The position numbers and the translations under genes are program-made. From Macrostomum lignano (Eukaryota), in the NCBI GenBank assembly GCA_002269645.1, contig NIVC01000746.1:372001-436000 (forward strand): a DNA stretch of 64,000 bases, given 5' to 3'. Under the pieces are notes generated by a model. It saw only the letters and a list, made by a program, of their open reading frames with translations. It did no database searches and was not told where the DNA came from. Shown here piece after piece: positions 20,250 to 32,368 of the stretch (the stretch's first letter is position 1; each line of letters begins with the position of its first letter).

Positions 20250-20481
20250 GACTCTTTTCTAGAGTGTTTTTACTAGAGTATCTCTTCTGACAGTCTCTCT
20301 AACTCTACGTCTCTCGATTCGGGTCAAAGGACTCTTTTCTAGAGTGTTTTTACTAGAGTATCTCTTCTGACAGTCTCTCTAACTCTACGTCTCTCGATTC
20401 GGGTCAAAGGACTCTTTTCTAGAGTGTCTTTATCTCTTCTAGCTGTCTCTCTCTAACTCTACGTCTCTCGATTCGGGTCAA
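20250..20481. repeat. 80-bp tandem triplication
   Basis: GACTCTTTTCTAGAGTG...GATTCGGGTCAAAG at 20250, 20330 and 20410 (third copy slightly altered). Confidence 0.92.
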
Positions 20482-22859
20482 ATGAATATTTTCTACTAAA
20501 TTACTACTAAATTACTACTAAATCCACTATATTTTTCTATTTCTTCTTCAACTCAGCTTCTACGCCTAGTATATTAAAGCAAAATCTTGTATTCATCTAT
20601 TTTTTTTGTTTCTCAGTCTCGTTATGTTGCCGCCGTATGTTTAATCTGTGAATAACTTTATGAAGTAATTAAATACGAATAAACACTGTGGGAGTTAAGG
20701 GATGCGGTTCATCCAGCAAGCATGATGAGACTGTTTTGGGTTTTTCTGTGCGAACCAGACCCTCTGGTAGACACAGAACATGATGGACCAGTCTGCCCGA
20801 GTCCACTCTGTACTCTGGCTAATGCCCAACAAAAGGGCCTGGCGTAGTGGAGAGGTGTTATTGAAACGTTATTTACGATTTGTTTACTCAGCGTCTCTGC
20901 TTCATCTCCACTGCTCCTTCATCACAGATCTCTCTATGCGACTCTAAAGCCTGCAAAATGCCTCGGAAAGATAAAGCTGATTACACAAGCTCAAGTACTA
21001 AGCATTGAGGCTTGAGCTGCTGAAAATGCGACTCCAAGTATAGCAGAGGAGTGGAGAGGAGAGGGAAGATTTTATGCTAGAAAAGTTCGTGAACATAATT
21101 ATTGTTACAAAAGAAGTTATCATTTTCAGACTGTCCAAAAGACCCTGAAGTAAAAAAAAAGCTGTTGAGCAGTTGGTAGAATTGACTGTTAAAAACATGA
21201 ATGAGAAATCTTACATAGCAGTGTGAATGCTGCAATAACAGGAAGAGGATATGGAGACAGCCCAGAGCAGGGAATAAACTGCTAGAAAGAAAAACAGGGA
21301 CCGGATAGTGACTGTAGAGGGGAAGAAAAAGCGCCAGGGAGGGAGTGTAGTAATATAAAGCTGGGAAGTGGTAGATAGCTGAGTACCACAGTTGGTATGC
21401 ATAAACGGAAATGCTATAGCACGCATGAAGATGACTTAAGAAGGATTAGCGCGCTCAAAGTCCAAAGACACAGTATAGGGTTTAAATGGTAAACAGATAC
21501 AATTAGCAGATATAATGCGTATTGGGAACCAGCTTAGGCCCACAGAGATATTACATGGCATCGTAATTCATAGTGAGAATTTGCTCAATGTCAAGAACAA
21601 TGTCAAGCAGTTGCAGTCAGTAGGCAAATGCAGCTATCCAGTCGCTTACACTGCATTCGGCCGCTCTGTGAAAAAAGAGTCTTTTGAGGAAAAACGGGAA
21701 GAAATCCTAGAGAAGCGGAAGTTGCCAATCGCTGAGTTTCCTGAGACTGCAAGAAATGATTTATGACAGTTGATGAGGCCCCGAGTTCATTTCCTTAGCG
21801 ACCTGTTTGAACTGGTTGGATAGATCGCATATCTAGCCATGCGTGAGACAGCAGGCAATGGATGCTTTATTTCGTGTCGAACTCGTGTGCCAAAGGTCCC
21901 AGGTTCGATCTCCAGTGCCTCGGCTTAATAAATTGATGCACACTCAAATAACTCTTCGTGGTCTAGAAAAACGTGAGTAAATATATGCAAATAATTTTTA
22001 TGTGAAGACACTAAAAGTGAAAATTAGAACTTTCGTTGATACTTTACTTTGCCGATATGTATCGAAAGTTATTTTCGCTCAATAAATTTGTTCAGTAAAA
22101 CATTAACCACTTCTCTCTATGGCGCACTTTAAAACAAACAACAAACTCCTGTAGGAAAAAATCTGATCACACAGAGGGCAGAGTGAGCACTCGGCTATTC
22201 CCCCTATAGGAAGGGGGTTAATTTCAGCCTCGGGACTGAAATCCCCTTTGCATTCCTCCGGAGAAGCTCCGGCTCGGGCAGCTTTGGAGACGATTTCTAA
22301 GAAAAAAATAGGCTTTTCGCCGTTCATTCTTCTTCTGGCCAGCAGCAATTGGCGAGCGATCAGGGGCTCAGTTGAGCTGCTGCTGGGACAACAGGGGCTG
22401 AAGGGGAGAACTAAGAAGCGAGGAGAGGAGCAGAGAGGAGGGAATTCGCGTGATTGATGCGGCTCATTCGAGAGGAAGATCGAGCCCTGACGGCTGGAAT
22501 AGGAGACAAGGAGAGGGGAGAATAGAAGGCAGACAGGAAGAGGGTCAAGTATGGCTTAGTAGGTGCCATCCCCTGTAGGCCTCGAAATCGGGACTCGAAC
22601 GGCAGCTCATAAATTTCTGAAGTTGCTCATTTGAGGTTTAAGATGGAATTTGGAACAGTTCCATTGGCGAAAGGTGCGGCTAAGAATTGAAGGGTTTCAA
22701 ATTAAACCAGATTTATTGCTGGCTTAGCAGATGTCAAGTTGTCAGAGTTTGACGATATCGGGAGTTCGTGACGGAAACAGTTTTACTGCGATGGCGCTCT
22801 TACTGCGAGCCTCAGTACCTCACCTTTGTGACTTGGTTGGTTGGGAGAGATTATGAAAC

Positions 22860-23580
22860 AGAAGAGAAGAGAGGAGAGAAGGGGAGAGGGGAAGAGAGGA
22901 GAGGAGGGAAGAGAAGAGGAGATGAGAGGAGAGGAGATGGGAGGAAAGGAGAGGAGAGGATAGGAGAGGAGAGGAGAGGAGAGGAGAGGAGAGGAGAGGA
23001 GAGAAGAGGAAAGGGGAGGAGAGGAGAGAAGAGGAGAGGAGAGAAGAGGAGAGGGGAGAGAGAGAAGAGGAGAAGGAGAGGAGAGGAGAGGGGAGAGGAG
23101 AGGAGGAGAGGAGGAGGAGAGGGGAGGAGAGGAGAGAAGAGGAGAGGAGAGAGGAGGAGGAGAGGGGAGAGAGAGAGGAGAGGAGAGGAGGAAAGAGGAG
23201 GAGAGGAGAGGAGAGGAGAGGAGAGGAGAGGGGAGGAGAGGAGAGGAGGGAAGAGAAGAGGAGATGGGAGGAAAGGAGAGGAGAGGAGAGGAGAGGAGAG
23301 GAGAGGAGAGGAGAGGAGAGGAGAGGAGAGGAGAGGAGAGGAGAGAGGAGAGGAGAGGAGAGAGAGGAGAGGAGAGAGAGGAGAGGAGAGGAGAGGAGAG
23401 AAGAGGAGAGAGGAGAGGAGAGGAGGAGAGGAGAGGAGGAGAGGAGGAGAGAAGAGGAGAAGGGAGAGAGGAGAGGGGAGGAGAGGAGAGGAGGGAGGAG
23501 AGGGGAGGAGAGGAGAGGGGAGGAGAGGGACAGCAGTGGAAAAGAGGGAAGAACAGAAGGGAGAGCGAAGGGGAGGAGAG
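22860..23580. repeat. (GAGAG/GAGGA)n polypurine microsatellite
   Basis: About 720 bp of pentameric A/G sequence with internal duplications. Confidence 0.95.
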
Positions 23581-24031
23581 AAACGGAGAAGACCAAGACA
23601 GCGCATCAACCTGGCCGCACTACCTGGCTAATTAGCCGTGTCTTTACTTTGACATGCCAACAAACAAGGAGAAAGGAAACAGAAAGCAGGCGGAAGGAAA
23701 TCTGATTGCCTGACTCCGAGCCACGTCTGGTCTAATTAGATAGCCCGAAGGATTTCAAAGGCGGGCTCTTGGACACTGAACTCGTTAGAAAGCAACATGT
23801 CCGCCCTCTGCTCGTTGGGGTTGCCTCAAGTTTTGACCGATAGCTGAGCTGGGATGCCGCACTGTTGTGGCTTCTGTCTGCTAGTGGAGCCATGGGGCTT
23901 CTGCTCTGGAGCGGGAAGCGGCAAACGCTTTGGTTTAATAAGAAGGCTTCAGTTAACCTTGAAGAGAGGGGGGGTAATTTAACGGGTGCGGTGAACGTCA
24001 GAGTCGAATGTAGCTTGCTTTGATCATATGG

Positions 24032-25378
24032 TGTGAGATTGAGTACAGGATGTGATATTGAGTACAGGATGTGAGATTGAGTACAGGATGTGAGATTGAG
24101 TACAGGATGTGAGATTGAGTACAGATCCTGTAAGATTGAGTACAGATCCTGTGAGATTGAGTACAGGATGTGAGATTGAGTACATGGTGTGAGATTGAGT
24201 ACAGAATGGGAGATTGAGTACAGATCCTGTGAGATTGAGTACAGAATGGGAGATTGAGTACAGATCCTGTGAGATTGAGTACAGAATGGGAGATTGAGTA
24301 CAGATCCTGTGAGATTGAGTACAGATCCTGTGAGATTGAGTACAGATCCTGTGAGATTGAGTGCAGAATGTGAGATTGAGTACATGGTGTGAGATTGAGT
24401 ACAGGATGTGAGATTGAGTACTGATCCTGTGAGATTGAGTACAGATCCTGTGAGATTGAGTACAGATCCTGTGAGATCGAGTATAGATCCTGTGAGATTG
24501 AGTACAGATCCTGTGAGATTGAGTACAGATCCTGTGAGATTGAGTACAGGATGTGAGATTGAGTACAGGATGTGAGATTGAGTACAGATCCTGTGAGATT
24601 GAGTACAGGATGTGAGATTGAGTGCAGAATGTGAGATTGAGTACAGGATGTGAGATTGAGTGCAGAATGTGAGATTGAGTACAGGATGTGAGATTGAGTA
24701 CAGATCCTGTGAGATTGAGTACAGGATGTGAGATTGAGTACAGGATGTGAGATTGAGTACAGGATGTGAGATTGAGTACAGGATGTGAGATTGAGTACAG
24801 GATGTGAGATTGAGTACAGGATGTGAGATTGAGTACAGATCCTGTGAGATTGAGTACAGGATGTGAGATTGAGTACAGGATGTGAGATTGAGTACAGGAT
24901 GTGAGATTGAGTGCAGAATGTGAGATTGAGTACAGGATGTGAGATTGAGTACAGGATGTGAGATTGAGTACAGGATGTGAGATTGAGTACAGGATGTGAG
25001 ATTGAGTACAGGATGTGAGATTGAGTACAGGATGTGAGATTGAGTACAGGATGTGAGATTGAGTACAGGATGTGAGATGGAGTACAGGATGTGAGATTGA
25101 GTACAGGATGTGAGATTGAGTACAGGATGTGAGATTGAGTGCAGAATGTGAGATGGAGTACAGAATGTGAGATTGAGTACAGGATGTGAGATTGAGTACA
25201 GGATGTGAGATTGAGTACAGGATGTGAGATTGAGTGCAGAATGTGAGATTGAGTACAGAATGTGAGATTGAGTACAGAATGTGAGATTGAGTACAGAATG
25301 TGAGATTGAGTACAGAATGTGAGATTGAGTACAGAATGTGAGATTGAGTACAGGATGTGAGATTGAGTACAGGATGTG
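24032..25378. repeat. 19/21-bp minisatellite (GTGAGATTGAGTACAGGAT / GTGAGATTGAGTACAGATCCT)
   Basis: About 68 copies; the 21-mer is enriched on the left, and the 19-mer and a CAGAATG variant on the right. Confidence 0.96.
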
Positions 25379-25965
25379 TGGCTAGCTAAGTACAGGGTAA
25401 AAGATCAAGCACAGGATGTTTGGTTGAGTACAGGATGTGACCTGAAGTATGAGCGTAGTATGACCCCGAGGTGCAGGAATTGAGGTGGAAAAAATGCGAC
25501 ACATCTCTTAGACCCAGGATTAAAGATAGAATAAGATAGATACATACAGAGATTCATGTGGAAAAAGGCAGCTCTAAATCCACACTTTAATACCAGGGCC
25601 AAGCCCCGGAAGAAGGGAGAAGTCACGTGCAAATGATTTCAGAAATTTAAGCTTAGATTTTGTTATAGTTATATTTTATGTTTTTTTTTCGTGCCAGGCC
25701 ACCAATTTTAGAAATGAAAGCGTTTAGCGGGAGATTAAATTGGCCAAAGAGAATGAAGAACATGACCCCCATATAAAAGATGAGGATTTTTAATCGACTA
25801 AATCAAAGTAGAAGAAAAGAAGAAAGGCAGATGGATGGAATTGAAGTGGGGCAGGGAAAAGAACTCAAATCGTTTTTCTTTAAGATAGACTTAAAACTGC
25901 CGACACAAAAGGCTTAGAAAAGGGGTAGATAAGAGATAAAGGATAACGAGAGACTGGTAAAGCAG

Positions 25966-27236
25966 ACATGAGAGACATTGAGATGAGAGACACTGAGATA
26001 AGAGACTAAGATGGGAGACACTGAGATGAGAGACAATGAGATAAGAGACACTGAGATGAGATGAGATGGGAGACACTGAGATGAGAGACACTGAGATGGG
26101 AGACACTGAGATGAGAGACACTGAGATGAGATGAGATGGGAGACACTGAGATGAGAGACACTGAGATGAGAGACATTGAGATGAGAGACACTGAGATGGG
26201 AGACACTGAGATGAGAGACACTGAGACACTGAGATGAGAGACACTGAGACACTGAGATGAGAGACACTGAGATAAGAGACACTGAGATGAGAGACACTGA
26301 GATGAGAGACACTAAGATGGGAGACACTGAGATGAGAGACATTGAGATGAGAGACACTGAGATGGGAGACACTGAGATGAGAGACACTAAAATGAGAGAC
26401 ACTGAGATGAGAGACACTGAGATAAGAGACTAAGATGGGAGACACTGAGATGAGAGACTCTGAGATGAGATGAGATGGAAGACACTGAGGTGAAATGACA
26501 CTTTGATAGAGACACTGAGATGAGAGACACTGAGATGAGAGACACTGAGATGAGAGACACTGAGACACTGAGATGAGAGACACTGAGATGAGAGACTCTG
26601 AGATGAGATGAGATGGAAGACACTGAGGTGAAATGACACTTTGATAGAGATACTGAGATGAGAGACACTGAGACACTGAGATGAGAGACACTGAGACACT
26701 GAGATGAGAGACACTGAGACACTGAGATGAGAGACACTGAGACACTGAGATGAGAGACACTGAGACACTGAGATGAGAGACACTGAGATGAGAGACTCTG
26801 AGATGAGATGAGATGGAAGACACTGAGGTGAAATGACACTTTGATAGAGACACTGAGATGAGAGACACTGAGATGAGAGACACTGAGATGAGAGACACTG
26901 AGATGAGAGACACTGAGACACTGAGATGAGAGACACTGAGATGAGAGACTCTGAGATGAGATGAGATGGAAGACACTGAGGTGAAATGACACTTTGATAG
27001 AGATACTGAGATGAGAGACACTGAGACACTGAGATGAGAGACACTGAGACACTGAGATGAGAGACACTGAGACACTGAGATGAGAGACACTGAGACACTG
27101 AGATGAGAGACACTGAGACACTGAGATGAGAGACACTGAGACACTGAGATGAGAGACACTGAGATGAGAGACTCTGAGATGAGATGAGATGGAAGACACT
27201 GAGGTGAAATGACACTTTGATAGAGACACTGAGATG
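25966..27236. repeat. 15-bp-based minisatellite (GAGACACTGAGATGA) with higher-order blocks
   Basis: Marker GGAAGACACTGAGGTGAAATGACACTTTGATAGAGA recurs at about 26477, 26615, 26815, 26968 and 27191. Confidence 0.95.
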
Positions 27237-29616
27237 CACAGTCTCGGATTTGTTCGGAGTCACCTGCATGGAAGTCACATTCAATCGTCTGAGCACAAGG
27301 TAGTGCGAGTTTGATGGCATGGGCTGCCCTATTGAGTGCTAACGTGAGCTATAAAGCATTAAGAGTGAATAATAAATTCAAGTTACAAGGAAGCAGCGAG
27401 CAAAAAAATTAACGCTGGACACGATGCCCCTAATGGTCTTCATTCGAGCCATCATTATCGCGATCTTGTAAAGGAGACGAGAAGAGAGGGTCTCAGGTAG
27501 CACGCGCTGCAGTCTGACCAGATGTGCCAGGTAAGTAAAATTATAATTGACCTCGCAAGATCCCCCACAGTATAGAATATAGAGAGGGTCGGTCACCTCA
27601 ACCCCCTCTGAAACACACAGGAAAGCCGGGCCAGAAGACCTTGAGGAAAAGAGAAGCGATGGCGTGACCGCTCGATTTTCGTAGGAAAGGGAATTTTCAT
27701 TTTTCCCCTATAGACAGTTGGAGAATTCTGAGTGTGTCTGTCCGAATGTCTGTCGAGTATTTCCATTGCAAGTGAGCCCTTTGACTTGCTTACCTGCAGG
27801 AGGCTGTTTGATCTGCAAATCCAAGAGCAGATAAGCCCTTGCTTCTCGGGACATTGTCCGTGTTGTGCATCAACGGATGCAAATCTAAGCTACAGCTCAT
27901 CCGATCTCAATGTCAAAATAGAAACTCAACGATGACTGGGCTCGCATTAGAGCTTCACAAAGGGCTTACAAAGGAAGTGCGCGACTTTCCAGGAAATCTT
28001 GTACCGTTCTTCACCTCTCCCAGGGCGCCATGGCACGGGGCTAATCAAGGCAATGAATCTTTGTCAGCTAGTCCCTCATCCGGTCACCTGGCCAGTGTGC
28101 TCAAACAAAATGGGATATCCAGTTTCAAATAAGATCATTCGATATTGTTACATTGGTCGTAGAAAGAAATTGATTTGATAATTTATTGAAATTCTTGGAA
28201 AAGTAAATTTCGATATAAAAATATTGCAACACTGCCAACCTCTGCTAACCTTTATTTTGACCCTTTTAGAAGTTTGAACGCAGTGCAGATTTAATGTCTT
28301 GCTAAACCAATCGATGCGTTTGTCCGCGCTGTGGATTCGAAGCTCAAATTAATCGCTCGACCGGCTACTTTGGGCTGAGCGAAAACGCGAGGCCTGCGAG
28401 GGCAGCTATACTGCTTCAGTCTTCTTTTGCCAGAGAGAGAGAGGGAGAGGGAAAAATGGAAGCAAGGCGAAGGGCGCAGAGGCAGTCAAGCGTAATGGGA
28501 ATGCATCCCTTCATTGGAGCGTCATCAACGAAAACACACACACAGCAGGGCATCTCTGCACTTTTATAATATTGTATTGCAGGCAGGATAATCTAGCGAG
28601 AGTGTGCCAGCCCCCCCCCCAACCAAATAAGATTATAATCCCCTTGCTCACAAATTTTAAGCTCTTAGCTGGAACTTCTTAAAAGCGGACAAACAGGCAA
28701 AGTAATTTTAGGTGATGACACACAAAGAATTAGGAAAGTGCCAAGCAGATGTGAAGGGAAACGGCAGAGAGACAGCAGCCGACAGGATAAAAGAGGGATA
28801 GCATCCCACAAAGTTAATCCTACTCTTTCTCAACTCTGCAGTATATCGGAGAGGGTAGCACTGGGAAATTTGCGTCCTCGGGAAATTTCTCGCCAGCTTT
28901 CTTCCCATCGCTTTCCCTCTTTACGCCTCGCATTAACAAGCTGAGCCTGAGATCTGAGAAGTTTCAACGAGCGCACACGCGGGGGGGGGCTCCTAGGGAT
29001 TCTGCTTGGGATAACGGGGGAAAGAGGTGGAGAATGGCAGCAGCGGAAACCGGATCCCAAGGGCGGGTTGCAGAGGGGCGCAAGTCGCACAATGAGAGCC
29101 AGATGCGCCGTCGCGGGCAAGCAGGCAAGAATCAAATAAAAGCTTGGCGAGGAAAGGCAAAGGCGAATAATTTGATATTTCTCAGTCGCTGAGCTGTTAT
29201 CTGCGCTCAGCTGGCAGATTTTTTTTAAAGTAGTCCCCAAAAAAGCAGACTTGAAGGAATTGTAAAAGTAGACAACAATAATAGCTTTGGCCTCTTAGAT
29301 TTTCATACTTAAATTGTTATATTTGTAACGATTTGTTTTTTATAGTGTGCTTTTATATCGAAACTACCAGCTCAGAACAACAGAACATTGTACTTCATTT
29401 ACCAATAAATTCAGTACAGTTTGTCCTAAAGACTCGGGAGTGTAAAGAGAAAACAAACTTTCATGATACACTACTGAGCAGTAGAAAGATGTGCATTTAA
29501 GGAAAAAAATATCGGCATTGTAAACAAGAATTTCTGGAAAAGTTTCGATTGCTACGCTTTCAATCAAACTACGTTTTTTATGTACGTTACATGTATAAGA
29601 TAATTTACTGTGGCGG

Positions 29617-30523
29617 GCGGTGGGATCACGGTGCCAGTATATTGATAGGATGGTGACAGCGGTGGGATCACGGTGTCAGTATATTGATAGGATGGTGACA
29701 GCGGTGGGATCACGGTGCCAGTATATTGATAGGGTGGTGACAGCGGTGGGATCACGGTGCCAGTATATTGATAGGGTGGTGACAGCGGTGGGATCACGGT
29801 GCCAGTATATTGATAGGGTGGTGACAGCGGTGGGATCACGGTGCCAGTATATTGATAGGGTGGTGACAGCGGTGGGATCACGGTGCCAGTATATTGATAG
29901 GGTGGTGACAGCGGTGGGATCACGGTGCCAGTATATAGATAGGGTGGTGACAGCGGTGGGATCACGGTGCCAGTATATTGATAGGGTGGTGACAGCGGTG
30001 GGATCACGGTGCCAGTATATTGATAGGGTGGTGACAGCGGTGGGATCACGGTGCCAGTATATTGATAGGGTGGTGACAGCGGTGGGATCACGGTGCCAGT
30101 ATATTGATAGGGTGGTGACAGCGGTGGGATCACGGTGCCAGTATATTGATAGGGTGGTGACAGCGGTGGGATCACGGTGCCAGTATATTGATAGGGTGGT
30201 GACAGCGGTGGGATCACGGTGCCAGTATATTGATAGGGTGGTGACAGCGGTGGGATCACGGTGCCAGTATATTGATAGGGTGGTGACAGCGGTGGGATCA
30301 CGGTGCCAGTATATAGATAGGGTGGTGACAGCGGTGGGATCACGGTGCCAGTATATAGATAGGGTGGTGACAGCGGTGGGATCACGGTGCCAGTATATTG
30401 ATAGGGTGGTGACAGCGGTGGGATCACGGTGCCAGTATATTGATAGGGTGGTGACAGCGGTGGGATCACGGTGCCAGTATATAGATAGGGTGGTGACAGC
30501 GGTGGGATCACGGTGCCAGTATA
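29617..30523. repeat. 42-bp minisatellite (GTGGGATCACGGTGCCAGTATATTGATAGGGTGGTGACAGCG)
   Basis: About 21.5 near-identical copies. Confidence 0.97.
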
Positions 30524-31384
30524 TATCGATCGGTTGGTGGCACAAGTAAAAGTGATTAGCTCAGAATGGAAAATGAAAGCCCAAACAGATCAACAAAAAT
30601 AGACACCATAAAATGAAAGAAGAAAGAGACCATAGACGTTCGCCCGGGGCAAGTGGGGGATACATTTTACTCATCCCATTTCTTCGTCATCATTCCAGCT
30701 CATAAATGCAGTCACGCAAATTGCCCAATCGTCAAAGCTTTGATCTGCATGTGGTCGAGATTTAGCAAAAACACGCGGATTAATTTTTCAAAGAGCAGTA
30801 AAAAATATAAAAGAAAAAGCCCAAGGCTACCGCTCCATAAGGTTCACAGGTCGTAAAGAACATTCTCTTATTGCAGACCTATAACGTCTCTAGAACGCCT
30901 TTAAAGCATCAAATACATGCTTCCTGAAGCCATCTGGGGAGCAATTTTTCATGGATCCGACTCAGGCCAACTCTCCGATTCTCATGCCAATGAAACCAGA
31001 ATGAAGGGCCCGCGGGGAGGCTGCGTCCCCGCGCTCTCAGGACATGGGCGACTGGCGACCCCCCGGGATAACTTACTCTGGCTTCCTACTCCTCTCTCTC
31101 TCTTTCTCGCTTCCCCTTTTTGGGATAAATGACGGGAGGTGGAGAAAGCGCTGAAGCCTCTTGTCCTAGCCAGTCTGCGGGCCTTGCGAGGGACAAGAAG
31201 GAAGACGGGACTGGCGTTAGAGGTTGAGGCTCTCGATCTCTTCTCCCTCCGCTCATTATCCAAAACTGCCCGACCACTGCTCAATCTGGCCCTGTCTTGC
31301 CAGTAGTAGCCAGCCCATGCCGCCAGGGCTCAAACTCACTAGAAAGTACTTGGAAGAGCAAAGTCATTTATCGATCCGGCTGTT

Positions 31385-31560
31385 ATCCCATATTTATCCC
31401 TATTTATTCTTATTTATCCCCATTTACCCCATTTATCCCCATTTTTCCCATATTTATCCCCATATATCCCAATTCATACCTACTTTTCCCCATTTGCCCC
31501 CATATCCCCATTTGCCTAAATACCCCCATTAATCTCCTACTTATCTACCATTTATCCCAG
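31385..31560. repeat. Degenerate ATTTATCCC-type low-complexity repeat
   Basis: Repeated atttatccc / catttaccc motifs. Confidence 0.7.
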
Positions 31561-32368
31561 CATTTTCTCCCACTCATTTTACTGAGTTCAGCCAGGTTTT
31601 GGCATGACAAATTTAATTTGGCAAGTTATGATAGGAAGAGTATTGAGAAGGACATGACCGAAGACTGTTGGCGGAACGTTACGAGAGCAGCAGAGTAGGG
31701 GGGATCAGGCAGGGAATAAACGAAAGTCAGGGATGCGAGTGGCCCGGAGCAAGCGGGGAAAAAGTGAATTAGCTTCGGTCCTTGTTATCCTGTTATCCTT
31801 GCTCTGCTGCTTCTGGCGCCAGAAAGTTGGGGAACGTGGCAAAGCAAAATCTTCCTCAGATTCCAATGAGTTCGTTCTGCATCAAATTTAAACGAGTCCA
31901 ATCTCCAATTTCATTTTATAAACTCAAAAAACGAAAAAACATGCGGAGACAGACAAGGAGAGAGAAGAGAGACAGAATGCGCCAGCGGGATTCTGTTGTT
32001 GACTTTGAGCTCAGAAAGCTCTGCTCTACAGCTATCCGTGCTGTCCCCCCACTATATTGGATATTGAGCTTATTAATTTTCGCTCTATCTGCTGTTCTCA
32101 TGTTACCTCTGAGCGCAGGAGAGGCAGAGAGGGGCAGTGGGGGAGAGAATCCAGAATGAAGAGCTTCTTGACTGGTTTTGTCAAGCAACACAACACCCCG
32201 GGCCAAAGCATTATCGCATTAAAGGTCCTCCTGGCACTAGGGAAATCTAGGGAGGAAAGCTGAGTAGCAGCTGAGTTGTCTCCGATGCGCACTGGGGATG
32301 GGACGACTCGGAGAGAAAGATTGCTATTGAATTATTCATTCAGACTGAGACAATTAATTTTACAGGAA

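Noticed and set aside
20700-21500. Decayed LINE endonuclease fragment (NRDRIVTVEGKKKRQGGSVVI)
   Set aside because: Only one short motif-like stretch with stops on both sides; needs tBLASTn support.
21800-21930. tRNA gene or tRNA-derived SINE (GGTTCGATC B-box near 21903; similar motifs near 22600 and 39902)
   Set aside because: No cloverleaf could be folded and no correctly spaced A-box was found.
22103-22221. piggyBac-type MITE between two TTAA sites
   Set aside because: The putative termini (CCACTTCTCTCTAT vs CCCCCTTCCTAT) match too loosely.
27810-27905. Candidate minus-strand exon with a GTAAGC donor near 27790 as the missing NR1 exon
   Set aside because: Its translation (LHPLMHNTDNVPRSKGLSALGFADQTASC) has no similarity to the NR1 S2 domain.
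29564-30549. Extensin-like (VIPPLSPPYQYTGT)n protein
   Set aside because: Three of six frames are open across a 42-bp array. There is no signal peptide, splice context or synonymous-variant bias, so it is treated as non-coding unless RNA data say otherwise.
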